Source: Bacteroidales bacterium Bact_11 (GTDB lineage Bacteria > Bacteroidota > Bacteroidia > Bacteroidales > UBA932). From it: a DNA stretch of 64,000 nt. Location of the stretch: contig LUZC01000012.1 of assembly GCA_001603505.1 (NCBI GenBank), positions 10,725 to 74,724 on the forward strand, written 5' to 3'. Made by a program: the position numbers and the translations under genes. The stretch's first letter is position 1. Every line of letters begins with the position of its first letter. This document shows positions 25,951-35,369 of the stretch, piece by piece. The notes under the pieces were generated by a model. It had not been told where the DNA came from, ran no database searches, and saw nothing but the letters and a program-made list of their open reading frames with translations.

Positions 25951-28005
25951 ATGAAAGACTCCCGCACCAACCCGCTGCTTGCCGCATCCACGCTGCCGTA
26001 TGGCGCACCGGCATTCGACACCTTCCGGACCGAAGACTACCTGCCCGCCTTCCGCGAAGCGATTGCCCGCGGACAGGCCGAAATCCGGCAAATCACCGAC
26101 AATCCGGAATCCCCTTCATTCACCAATACCATCGAGGCGCTGGAACGCGCCGGAGTCGCCCTCGACCACGTGTCGAACCTTTTCTTCAACCTGACGGAAG
26201 CCTGCACCAGCGACGAAATGGACCGCATCGCCGAGGAGGTATCCCCGATGCTCACGCAGTACAGCCTGTCAATCCTGCTCGATGAAAAGCTGTTTGCGCG
26301 CGTAAAGGCCGTGTGGGAGCGACGCGACAGCCTCGCGCTCGATACGGAAGCCGCCAAACTGCTGGAAGAGACCTGGAAATCCTTTGCCCGCCACGGGGCC
26401 AACCTTCCCCCGGAAAAGAAAGAGCGCTTCACAAAGGTATCGGAAGATTTGTCGCTGGCCACGCTCAAGTTCGGCCAGAACGTGCTAGCGGCCACCAACG
26501 CCTTTACCCTCGACCTGACCGACGAATCCGAGTTGGAAGGCCTTCCCGGCCATGTCCGCGAGATGGCAGCCACCGAAGCCCGCAGCCGCGGCCGCAAAGG
26601 ATGGACCTTCACCCTGAACCAGCCCAGCTACGGCCCTTTCCTCAAATACAGTGACCGTCGCGAACTGCGCGAAAAGATGTGGCGTGCCTACAACGGCCGT
26701 TGCGTCTGCGGCGCCAACGACAACACAGCCACCATCCGCCGGATCATCGCCTTGCGACAGGAAAAAGCCCGGCTGCTCAGCTACGCCTCGTTTGCCGACT
26801 ATGCCCTGGAAGAGCGCATGGCCCGCAACCCGGAGACCGTGAACGCCTTCCTCGACCGGCTGATGGCCCCTTCGCTGCCCGCCGCCCGGAGCGAGACGCA
26901 GGACATTGCCGACTATGCCCATAGCCACGGTTTCCTCGAGACCCTGATGCCCTGGGACTTCAGCTACTGGTCGGAGAAGTACCGGAAAGAACGCTACGAC
27001 CTCGACGACGAACTGCTGAAACCCTACTTCCGACTCGACGCCGTGCAGGCGGCGGTCTTCGACTTGGCAGGCCGGCTCTACGGCCTGCACTTCGAACCGC
27101 GCGGCGACCTGCCCGTGTATCATCCGGACGTCCGGGTCTTTGAAGTGACGGAAGAATCGGGGCGGATGATGGCCCTGCTCTACCTGGATTTTTTCCCGCG
27201 GGAAAGCAAGCGGGGCGGCGCGTGGATGACCTCTTTCCGGGAATCAGGAATCATCGACGGACGGGAAGAACGGCCCTTCGTCTCGATTGTGACCAATTTC
27301 ACAAAGCCCACTCCCTCAACGCCCTCCCTGCTCACATTCTCCGAAGTGACAACGCTGCTCCACGAATTCGGCCACGCCCTCCACGGCATACTGGCCGAAG
27401 GGCGCTACCCTTCGCTCACGGGCACCAACGTGGTGCGCGATTTCGTGGAACTGCCCTCCCAACTCATGGAGAACTGGGCCTGCGAGCCCGCCTTCCTGGA
27501 AACCTTCGCCCGCCATTGGCAGACCGGCGAAATCATTCCCAAAGCCTACATCGACCGGATCGTGGAGGCACGGAACTATCTGGCCGGCTATGCGCAGGTG
27601 CGCCAGTTGCAGTTCGGCCGCATCGACATGGCCTGGCACACCCGGCCTGAGGGCGTGCCCGACGATGTCGTGGCCTTCGAGCACGAGGTTCTGGCGCCGG
27701 CCGCCGTCCTGCCGCAACTGCCCGGAGCGGCCGTGTCGCCTTCCTTCAACCACATCTTCTCGGGCGGCTATGCCGCAGGCTACTACTCTTACAAATGGGC
27801 GGAAGTCCTCGAAGCCGATGCGTTCGCTTTCTTCAAGGAAAAGGGTATCTTCAGCCGGGAAGCCGCCGGACACTTTCGCAAAGAAATCCTCTCGCGCGGC
27901 GGTAGCGTAGATGCGGGCGTGCTGTACCGCAACTTCCGGGGCCGCGATCCGGAGCCCGACGCCCTTCTCGAAAAACTGGGACTGAAAGCGTCGAAGCAGT
28001 CGTAA
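25951..28005 (+). CDS. dcp: M3-family peptidyl-dipeptidase / oligopeptidase
   Basis: Zincin motif TLLHEFGHALHG. About 685 aa with M3 family architecture. Confidence 0.88.
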   Translation: MKDSRTNPLLAASTLPYGAPAFDTFRTEDYLPAFREAIARGQAEIRQITDNPESPSFTNTIEALERAGVALDHVSNLFFNLTEACTSDEMDRIAEEVSPMLTQYSLSILLDEKLFARVKAVWERRDSLALDTEAAKLLEETWKSFARHGANLPPEKKERFTKVSEDLSLATLKFGQNVLAATNAFTLDLTDESELEGLPGHVREMAATEARSRGRKGWTFTLNQPSYGPFLKYSDRRELREKMWRAYNGRCVCGANDNTATIRRIIALRQEKARLLSYASFADYALEERMARNPETVNAFLDRLMAPSLPAARSETQDIADYAHSHGFLETLMPWDFSYWSEKYRKERYDLDDELLKPYFRLDAVQAAVFDLAGRLYGLHFEPRGDLPVYHPDVRVFEVTEESGRMMALLYLDFFPRESKRGGAWMTSFRESGIIDGREERPFVSIVTNFTKPTPSTPSLLTFSEVTTLLHEFGHALHGILAEGRYPSLTGTNVVRDFVELPSQLMENWACEPAFLETFARHWQTGEIIPKAYIDRIVEARNYLAGYAQVRQLQFGRIDMAWHTRPEGVPDDVVAFEHEVLAPAAVLPQLPGAAVSPSFNHIFSGGYAAGYYSYKWAEVLEADAFAFFKEKGIFSREAAGHFRKEILSRGGSVDAGVLYRNFRGRDPEPDALLEKLGLKASKQS

Positions 28006-28011
28006 TAATTT

Positions 28012-28019
28012 GTATATTT
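28012..28019 (+). promoter_or_regulatory. -7 promoter box TAtaTTTG (M48 peptidase gene)
   Basis: TATATTTG lies 21 nt upstream of the ATG at 28041. Confidence 0.4.
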
Positions 28020-28040
28020 GAAGGAAATTTAACCTTTGCT

Positions 28041-28823
28041 ATGAAAAGACTGATACCCGCCCTCGTCTGCGCAATGCTGCTGCTGCCGGGTTGCGGCGTG
28101 CTCCTCAACGGACTTTCCAACATGGATGCCGCCGGCATGGCCACGGCCGCCAGCACGGCCATGACCGCCCTTTCCATCACCGACGAACAGATCGCCCAGC
28201 TCAGCGCCGAGTCGGTCGCCTACATGGACTCGGTCAACAAGGTCGACAAAGGCAGCTACGACGCCCGCCTCCGCCGGCTCATGTCGAACATCAAGAGCAT
28301 CGATGGCGTGCCCATCAACCTGAAAGTCTACCGCACCAACGAAGTCAATGCCTTCGCCTGCGGCGACGGCTCCATCCGCGTGTATTCCGGCCTGATGGAC
28401 GTGATGGACGACGCGGAACTGATGGCCGTGATCGGACACGAGATCGGCCACGTGGTGAACAAGGACACCAAGACCGCCATGAAGAAAACCTATATGGCTT
28501 ACGCGGCAAGGCAGGCGCTCGGCTCAACCGGCACCCTGATCGGGAACCTTTCCACCAGCGTCCTGGGCGACATCGCGCAGTCGTATCTCAATGCACAATA
28601 TTCCCAGAAGCAGGAATTCGCCGCCGACGAACACGGATTTGCCTTTTCCATCAACCAGGGATACAGCCCCTACAGCATGTACAATTCCCTGGTCAAGCTC
28701 ATGAAGCTCAACAGCAATTCCAGTTCGAAGGCGTCCGGCGTCCAGCAAGCCTTCTCCTCACACCCTGCCACGGAAGAGCGTGCAGCCCGCATGAAAGCGG
28801 CTGCCGACGCCTACAGCAAATAG
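28041..28823 (+). CDS. M48-family metallopeptidase, lipoprotein
   Basis: Lipobox LLLPGC and HEIGHV zincin motif. 260 aa. Confidence 0.85.
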   Translation: MKRLIPALVCAMLLLPGCGVLLNGLSNMDAAGMATAASTAMTALSITDEQIAQLSAESVAYMDSVNKVDKGSYDARLRRLMSNIKSIDGVPINLKVYRTNEVNAFACGDGSIRVYSGLMDVMDDAELMAVIGHEIGHVVNKDTKTAMKKTYMAYAARQALGSTGTLIGNLSTSVLGDIAQSYLNAQYSQKQEFAADEHGFAFSINQGYSPYSMYNSLVKLMKLNSNSSSKASGVQQAFSSHPATEERAARMKAAADAYSK

Positions 28824-28844
28824 TTCCGCTCCTTTTTCAAGCTG

Positions 28845-28874
28845 ACGGCCGGAAGCGTTTCCGGCCGTTTTTTT
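28845..28874 (+). terminator. Rho-independent terminator after the M48 peptidase gene
   Basis: ACGGCCGGAA-GCGT-TTCCGGCCGT (10-bp perfect stem) followed by T6. Confidence 0.85.
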
Positions 28875-28893
28875 GTGCCGCCGAAAAAAAATT

Positions 28894-28928
28894 GTGGAAA
28901 AATTTGGAATTATGTGTAAGAAAGTGGA
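28894..28928 (+). promoter_or_regulatory. Putative MraZ operator: four GTGGA-like boxes with exact 10-bp phasing
   Basis: GTGGA at 28894, TTGGA at 28904, GTGTA at 28914 and GTGGA at 28924. They lie immediately upstream of the mraZ -7 box. Confidence 0.5.
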
Positions 28929-28938
28929 AAAATATTTA

Positions 28939-28946
28939 TACCTTTG
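28939..28946 (+). promoter_or_regulatory. -7 promoter box TAccTTTG (dcw cluster promoter)
   Basis: TACCTTTG lies 33 nt upstream of the mraZ ATG at 28980. Confidence 0.5.
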
Positions 28947-28979
28947 TCCTCACACATCACTAAACGCATATAGAATTTG

Positions 28980-29426
28980 ATGGCGAAGTTTATCGGTTGC
29001 TACAAGGCAAAGGTCGACGACAAGGGAAGACTCATCTTTCCTTCCGCCTTCAAATCCAGTATGGGCGAGGGTGCAAGCCTTCGCTTCGTAGTCAAAAAGT
29101 CTCTCTTCGCAGAGTGCCTCGAAATGTATGCTTATGATGAATGGGAGCGCGATTCCGAAGCGGTGAGAAGCCGGTTGAACTTTTTCAACAAGGAACACGC
29201 TGCCTTCTGGCGGGAATATATGAGAGGCACTGCGGACGTAGAGCCTGACAGCAAGCTCGGGCGAATGACCATTCCCAAAGCCCTGCTCGAAAAGGCGGGC
29301 ATTGAGAAAGAGGTCGTCTTCGCAGGCAACAACCACTTGATCGAGATTTGGGATAAGGAGAAGTATGAAGCCAGGGAAATGAACAGCAACGATTTCGTTG
29401 CCCTGGCCGAAAAGATTCTCGGTTAA
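28980..29426 (+). CDS. mraZ: Transcriptional regulator MraZ
   Basis: MAKFIGCYKAKVDDKGRLIFPSAF and a second SpoVT/AbrB-like half (DSKLGRMTIPKAL). First gene of the dcw cluster. ATG at 28980 is preferred over the TTG at 28977. Confidence 0.92.
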   Translation: MAKFIGCYKAKVDDKGRLIFPSAFKSSMGEGASLRFVVKKSLFAECLEMYAYDEWERDSEAVRSRLNFFNKEHAAFWREYMRGTADVEPDSKLGRMTIPKALLEKAGIEKEVVFAGNNHLIEIWDKEKYEAREMNSNDFVALAEKILG

Positions 29427-29441
29427 GGGGAGGGAGCCGCG

Positions 29442-30311
29442 ATGTCTGCCTACCACACGCCTGTTCTGCTCCACGAGAGCATCGCAGCGCTTGCCATTCG
29501 TGCTGGCGGCGTCTATGTGGACGCCACTTTCGGCGGCGGCGGACATAGTCGGGAAATCCTCGGCCAGTTGGGTCCGGAAGGCCGCCTGATTGTTTTTGAT
29601 AAGGATGAGGAAGCGCTGGCGCAGGCACCTGCCGACGGGAGACTCACGATTGTGCACAATGATTTCCGGTTCGTGCACAATTTTATCAGATATCACGGCT
29701 ACGCTGCCGTGGACGGAATTCTGGCGGACCTGGGGGTGTCATCCCACCAGTTCGACACCGGCGAGCGGGGTTTCTCCTTCCGGTTCGAGAACGCGCCGCT
29801 GGACATGCGAATGAATCCGCGCGCGGGACGTTGCGCGGCCGATATAGTGAATAGTTATAGTGCGGAGGACCTGGATAGGATCTTCCGTCTTTACGGCGAG
29901 GTGGAGAACAGCAGGAAAGTGGCAGGATTGATTGTGGCAGGAAGGGAGGCAGCGCCGTTGAAGACCACGGACGATTTAGGCAGAGCGATTGCACCTGTTC
30001 TGCCTAAGTTCATGGAACATAAGTATTTGGCAAAAATATACCAGGCTCTTCGGATTGAAGTCAATGGCGAGATGACTTCCCTGGAAGGGTTTATGAACGG
30101 AGCCATCCGATCACTCGGGCAAGGAGGGATCCTGGCTGTCATAACATACCATTCTTTAGAGGACCGCATCGTCAAGAACGCAATCAGGGATGCCTGTCAG
30201 ACGGGGCTGCTGGAGCGCGTGACCAAGAAACCGATTCTTCCTTCCGAGGAAGAAATTTCTTTTAACACGCGCGCGCGCAGCGCGAAACTGAGAGTCGCCA
30301 GAAAGCGGTAA
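29442..30311 (+). CDS. rsmH: 16S rRNA (cytosine1402-N4)-methyltransferase
   Basis: YHTPVLLHES...VDATFGGGGHS...DLGVSSHQ motifs. Confidence 0.95.
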   Translation: MSAYHTPVLLHESIAALAIRAGGVYVDATFGGGGHSREILGQLGPEGRLIVFDKDEEALAQAPADGRLTIVHNDFRFVHNFIRYHGYAAVDGILADLGVSSHQFDTGERGFSFRFENAPLDMRMNPRAGRCAADIVNSYSAEDLDRIFRLYGEVENSRKVAGLIVAGREAAPLKTTDDLGRAIAPVLPKFMEHKYLAKIYQALRIEVNGEMTSLEGFMNGAIRSLGQGGILAVITYHSLEDRIVKNAIRDACQTGLLERVTKKPILPSEEEISFNTRARSAKLRVARKR

Positions 30312-30318
30312 GACGAAC

Positions 30319-30657
30319 ATGAGCGGAAAAATCAAGCGCATCGTAGACAACGTGGTCAGCTACCTGAGCGGGGATAAGCTGATCGAGTGGGGCTTGGACC
30401 GCCAGCTCGGTTTCTTCTTCTATCTCTTCGCCCTAGTCTGCCTGACCATCGCCTGGAGCCTGATGGTGGAGCAAAACCTCGTCGCCGTACAGAAGAACGA
30501 GAAGGAGCTGCAGGAGCTGCGCATCAGCTACCAGCAGCACACGCTCGACATGGTGGGCATGAACAACCGCACCCGTATCGACGGGATGCTGAAAGCGCAG
30601 GGATCCAAGTTCCATGCGCCCACCGAGCCACCCAAACGCATCATCCTTGACAACTGA
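30319..30657 (+). CDS. ftsL: FtsL-like cell division protein (single TM plus coiled coil)
   Basis: Position between rsmH and ftsI. One TM (FFFYLFALVCLTIAWSLMV) followed by a heptad-like segment. Confidence 0.7.
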   Translation: MSGKIKRIVDNVVSYLSGDKLIEWGLDRQLGFFFYLFALVCLTIAWSLMVEQNLVAVQKNEKELQELRISYQQHTLDMVGMNNRTRIDGMLKAQGSKFHAPTEPPKRIILDN

Positions 30658-30663
30658 GCCGGC

Positions 30664-32715
30664 ATGCAGGTCAATATTCGGAAAGTCGGTTCGTTCTATC
30701 TGTTGTTCGTGGCACTTGCCCTGCTGGCGATCGGACAGATCATCAACCTGCAGTTCATCAACAAGCCGGAGGGCGGCTACAACACCCCCACCACCCGCGA
30801 AGACGTGCTCCCCTGCACCCGCGGCAGCATCCTGGCCGACGACGGACGGTATCTCGCCTTCTCCATTCCGGAATATCGGATGGGTATGGACTGCGTACAG
30901 CCCGATTCCGCCGTATTCGCCGCCGGCATCGATTCGCTGGCTATCTGCCTGGCCAATTTCTACAAAGACAAGAAAGCCGCGCAATACAAGAAAGACATCG
31001 TCAGCCAGCGCAAGAAGGGTCTGAGCGGCGGCCGCCGCTACATGTACCTCAACAGAAGGCTGCTCACCTACCAAGAGATGAAGGAAGTCTCGTCGTTCCC
31101 GATCCTGCGGGAGGGCCGCGCGCGGGGTGGACGCGATGAAGAAAAGATCGACCACCGCACCTATCCGTATGGCCGCCTGGGTTTCCGCACGCTCGGTTAC
31201 ATCAAGAACCAGGATGAGATTCCCGTCATCGGCATTGAAGGCTGCTGCGACAGCATCCTCCGTGGCAAGGACGGTGTCCAGCCGATGCGCATGACGGAGG
31301 GACGCAACTGGATCATCGACGCCGACCGCGACCGCATTGATCCGGTGGACGGCACCGATGTGCAACTGACACTCGACATCGATATGCAGGACATCGCCCA
31401 GAACGCCCTCAAACGGATGCTTGCCAAAACGAAGGAACTGCATGCCGGCACCGTGGTACTGATGGAAGTGTCAACGGGCGAAATCAAGGCCATGGTCAAT
31501 CTGGAAAAAGACGGCAAGGGCGGTTTCGACGAAACCTACAACTACGCCATCGGGCGGAAAGGCGAGCCGGGCTCCGTGTTCAAGGGCGCCACGCTGGCCA
31601 CACTGCTCGAAGACAAGAAGATTACGCTCGACACCGAAATTCCCGCGCTCGTCACATGGAACTACGGCGGCGGGCAGCCGTTCGTGGACCACTATCTCGA
31701 CAAATACTCGACGATTTCCGTGCAGCGCGGTTTCGAGATCTCGTCGAACAACGTGTTCCGCTACCTGGCCGCCCACTACTACGACAAAGACCCGCAGGCC
31801 TTCCTCGACAAGCTGACCAACGAGCGCCGCATCACCCATGACTTTCCGTTCGAACTCAGCGGCATGGCGCACGCCCACCTCAAGAAGGTCGACACGAAGA
31901 ACCAGAAATACGGGTGGAATCCGAAAGACCTGCCCCAGATCGCCATGGGGTACACTGTCGAGATCACCCCGTTGCATACCCTCAACTACTACAACGCCAT
32001 CGCCAACGAAGGCGTGATGATGCGTCCGCACCTGGTGCGCAACTACCAGAAGGAAGGCGTCATCCTGCAGGATTTCCCGCCCGAGACGCTCGGCACGGTC
32101 TGCAGCAAGGCCACGGCACACGAGCTGTGGAAAGCCATGCGGGGCGTAGTGACAGCGGAAGGCGGCACGGGATACCGTCCGTTCAAGGACTGCCCGGTCG
32201 CCGTGGCCGGCAAGACGGGTACGGCGCGCATCGTCTTCCCGAATACCGGCAAATATGAAGACAAGGCCGGACACAAGATGCACCAGGGAACGTTCGTGGG
32301 CTTCTTCCCGTTCGAATCGCCCAAATACTCGATGATCGTGGTGGTGTATTCCGAGCCGACCTTCAGCAACTTCTACGGCGGCACCTGGAGTGCGCCTGTG
32401 TTCCGCGAAGTGGCGGAGGAGATCTATGCCTCCGCTGTCGACTGGCAGGCTCCGCTGCCCAAGAGCGGCGCCCTGCCCGCAAAAGACAATTACAAACTGC
32501 TCCAGGCCAGCGAAGACCTGCAGAAAAACCTGGTTCCCGACGTGACGGGCATGGGCCTGCGTGAAGCCCTGAACCTGCTGGAAAAGGCGGGGTTCCGCGT
32601 GCAGTTCGAAGGACACGGACTGGTGGAAAGCCAAGTGCCCGCCGCAGGCGATTCCCTCACGGGCGGGACCATCACCCTCAAACTCAAAGAAAACTACAGT
32701 CATGCAACTGAATAA
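30664..32715 (+). CDS. ftsI: Penicillin-binding protein (FtsI/PBP3-type transpeptidase) with a C-terminal PASTA domain
   Basis: SxxK (SVFK), SxN (SSN) and KTG (KTGTA) motifs. PASTA-like C-terminus (VPDVTGMGLREALNLLEKAGF...). Confidence 0.9.
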   Translation: MQVNIRKVGSFYLLFVALALLAIGQIINLQFINKPEGGYNTPTTREDVLPCTRGSILADDGRYLAFSIPEYRMGMDCVQPDSAVFAAGIDSLAICLANFYKDKKAAQYKKDIVSQRKKGLSGGRRYMYLNRRLLTYQEMKEVSSFPILREGRARGGRDEEKIDHRTYPYGRLGFRTLGYIKNQDEIPVIGIEGCCDSILRGKDGVQPMRMTEGRNWIIDADRDRIDPVDGTDVQLTLDIDMQDIAQNALKRMLAKTKELHAGTVVLMEVSTGEIKAMVNLEKDGKGGFDETYNYAIGRKGEPGSVFKGATLATLLEDKKITLDTEIPALVTWNYGGGQPFVDHYLDKYSTISVQRGFEISSNNVFRYLAAHYYDKDPQAFLDKLTNERRITHDFPFELSGMAHAHLKKVDTKNQKYGWNPKDLPQIAMGYTVEITPLHTLNYYNAIANEGVMMRPHLVRNYQKEGVILQDFPPETLGTVCSKATAHELWKAMRGVVTAEGGTGYRPFKDCPVAVAGKTGTARIVFPNTGKYEDKAGHKMHQGTFVGFFPFESPKYSMIVVVYSEPTFSNFYGGTWSAPVFREVAEEIYASAVDWQAPLPKSGALPAKDNYKLLQASEDLQKNLVPDVTGMGLREALNLLEKAGFRVQFEGHGLVESQVPAAGDSLTGGTITLKLKENYSHATE

Positions 32716-34162
32716 GATTCTCCATGGTATCGACACCGTCGCCGTCCGCGGCGACCTGCAGCGCGAGATCGGCGACCTCACGTTCGACTCGCGCACGTGC
32801 CGTCCCGGTAGCCTGTTCATCGCCGTCTGCGGCACCGAAGCCGACGGCCACGACTACATCGGGAAAGCCGTCGAAGCGGGAGCCTCCGCCGTAATCTTCC
32901 AGAACGGCGAGCCCTTCGCCGGCAAGGAGGGCGACACCGTCTTCGTGAAAGTAGCCGACAGCCGCCGGACGCTGGCCCTGGCCGCCGACAATTGGTACGG
33001 ACATCCGTCGGGCAAATTGAACCTGGTGGGCATCACCGGCACCAACGGCAAGACCACCACGGTCACCCTGCTCTACAACCTCTTCACGAGCCTGGGCTGG
33101 AGCTGCGGACTGATTTCGACCATCGCCAATTATATCGACGGCGAACGGATCGCCACCTCACATACCACCCCCGACCCCATCGTGCTCAACAGCTTGCTTT
33201 CCCGCATGGTGGAGAAAGGCTGCAACTACTGCTTCATGGAGGTCAGTTCCCACTCCATCGACCAGGAGCGGATTGCCGGCCTGGAATTCAAGGTGGCCAT
33301 CTTTTCCAATCTGACGCACGACCATCTCGACTATCACAAGACTTTTGCGGCTTACCGCGACTGTAAGAAACGGTTCTTCGATGAATTGCCGACCGACGCC
33401 TTCGCACTGACCAATCTTGACGACCGCAACGGTGAAGTGATGGTGCAGAATACGCGCGCGCACGTCAAGACCTACGCGTGCCGGCGCATGGCGGATTTCC
33501 GCTGCAAGATCATCGAGGAGAGCCTCGAGGGGATGCTGGTCAGTCTCGACGGCACGCAGGTGTGGACCCGCTTCATCGGGGCGCACAATGCCAGCAACCT
33601 GCTGGCTGTGTATGCCACGGCCGTCCTGCTCGGTGCCAAACCGGAAGAAGTAGTCGTGAAGATGAGCGCCCTCGGCCCCGTGGCGGGACGACTCGACTTC
33701 CTGCGCGGCGGCGACGACCTGACGGCCGTGGTGGATTATTCCCACACGCCCGACGCGCTGGAGAACGCACTCAAGACGCTACGGGAGACCGCCCGCGACC
33801 GGTGTCTGGTGTGCGTGTTCGGCTGTGGCGGCAACCGCGACCGCACCAAGCGTCCCGAGATGGGCGTCATCGCGGCCAAGTATGCAGACCGCGTGGTCGT
33901 CACGTCCGACAACCCGCGTCACGAGGATCCCGAGGAAATCATCCGGGAAATCCGCGCCGGTATGGATACGGCCGCCCGTGCCCGGACGCTTTTCATCACC
34001 GACCGTCGCCAGGCCATCCGCACCGCACTGATGACGGCACCCCAGGGCGCCGTGGTACTCGTAGCCGGCAAGGGACACGAAGACTATCAGATCATCGGCG
34101 ACACGAAATACCATTTCGATGACAAGGAAGTCATCGCAGACATTTTTGAAGAAATGAAATAA
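32702..34162 (+). CDS. murE: UDP-N-acetylmuramoyl-L-alanyl-D-glutamate--2,6-diaminopimelate ligase
   Basis: P-loop [11 protein letters not shown] and the DNPR motif ([10 protein letters not shown]). Confidence 0.95.
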   Translation: MQLNKILHGIDTVAVRGDLQREIGDLTFDSRTCRPGSLFIAVCGTEADGHDYIGKAVEAGASAVIFQNGEPFAGKEGDTVFVKVADSRRTLALAADNWYGHPSGKLNLVGITGTNGKTTTVTLLYNLFTSLGWSCGLISTIANYIDGERIATSHTTPDPIVLNSLLSRMVEKGCNYCFMEVSSHSIDQERIAGLEFKVAIFSNLTHDHLDYHKTFAAYRDCKKRFFDELPTDAFALTNLDDRNGEVMVQNTRAHVKTYACRRMADFRCKIIEESLEGMLVSLDGTQVWTRFIGAHNASNLLAVYATAVLLGAKPEEVVVKMSALGPVAGRLDFLRGGDDLTAVVDYSHTPDALENALKTLRETARDRCLVCVFGCGGNRDRTKRPEMGVIAAKYADRVVVTSDNPRHEDPEEIIREIRAGMDTAARARTLFITDRRQAIRTALMTAPQGAVVLVAGKGHEDYQIIGDTKYHFDDKEVIADIFEEMK

Positions 34163-34176
34163 CAGGAGGATCAAGG

Positions 34177-35367
34177 ATGCTATACCATTTGTTCGATTAT
34201 CTTCAGCGTATCGGAATCGATTTTCCGGGCAGCGGCCTGATGCACTACATCTCCGTCCGCGCCGTTGCCTGCGCAATCGTCGCCATTCTCACGTCGATGG
34301 TCATCGGGAAAAAAATCATCGACAAGCTCCAGAAGAAGCAGATCGGCGAGACCATCCGCGACCTGGGACTCGAGGGACAGCTGCAGAAGAAAGGCACCCC
34401 GACCATGGGCGGCATCATCATCCTGCTCTCGATCCTGCTCCCGATCCTGCTCTTCGGCAACCTGGCCAACACCAACATCCAGTTGCTGATCCTCACAACG
34501 GTATGGCTGGGCATCCTGGGCTTCATCGACGATTACATCAAGGTATTCAAGCACAACAAGGAAGGACTGAACGGACGGTACAAGATCATCGCACAGGTCC
34601 TCCTCGGCCTGATCGTGGGCCTGACGCTCTATCTGACCGCCGACCAGGGCGTGAGCTACAGCCGCACCACCATCCCGTTCATCAAAGGCAACGAATTCGA
34701 CTACAAGTGGCTCATCCCCTTTTCCGGACAGTTCGTCCGCGCCCTGCAGGGTGGCCTCTACGTGCTGGTAATCACTTTCATCATCACGGCCTGCTCCAAC
34801 GGCACCAACCTGACCGATGGCATGGACGGCCTGGCAGCGGGCGTTTCGGCCATCGTCGGCGCCACGCTCGGCGTCCTGGCCTATGTGTCGGGCCACGCCG
34901 GATTCGCCGAATACTTGAACATCATGTACCTCCCCGACAGTGGCGAGATCACCGTATATGTGTGCTGTTTCGTGGGCGCATTGCTGGGTTTCCTGTGGTA
35001 CAACGCTTTCCCGGCGCAGGTATTCATGGGCGATACCGGCAGCCTGGCACTAGGAGGCATCATCGGCGTGATGGCCGTCCTCATCCGGAAAGAACTGCTG
35101 CTGCCCATCCTCTGCGGCGTGTTTCTCGTGGAGAGCCTGTCGGTCATCATCCAGCGCTTCTATTTCAAATACACCAAGAAAAAAACCGGAACGGGCGTGC
35201 GGGTGTTCCGCATGTCGCCGCTCCACCACCATTATCAGAAAGAGAATCCCGACGCGCTCATCCAGCAGCCACATCGGATTCATCCTGAAAACAAGATCGT
35301 CGTTCGATTCTGGATTGTCTCCATCATCCTGGCGGTCATCACCCTCGTAACCTTGAAAATCAGATAA
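34177..35367 (+). CDS. mraY: Phospho-N-acetylmuramoyl-pentapeptide transferase
   Basis: Polytopic protein. Motifs [20 protein letters not shown] and [11 protein letters not shown]. Confidence 0.95.
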   Translation: MLYHLFDYLQRIGIDFPGSGLMHYISVRAVACAIVAILTSMVIGKKIIDKLQKKQIGETIRDLGLEGQLQKKGTPTMGGIIILLSILLPILLFGNLANTNIQLLILTTVWLGILGFIDDYIKVFKHNKEGLNGRYKIIAQVLLGLIVGLTLYLTADQGVSYSRTTIPFIKGNEFDYKWLIPFSGQFVRALQGGLYVLVITFIITACSNGTNLTDGMDGLAAGVSAIVGATLGVLAYVSGHAGFAEYLNIMYLPDSGEITVYVCCFVGALLGFLWYNAFPAQVFMGDTGSLALGGIIGVMAVLIRKELLLPILCGVFLVESLSVIIQRFYFKYTKKKTGTGVRVFRMSPLHHHYQKENPDALIQQPHRIHPENKIVVRFWIVSIILAVITLVTLKIR

Positions 35368-35369
35368 AC

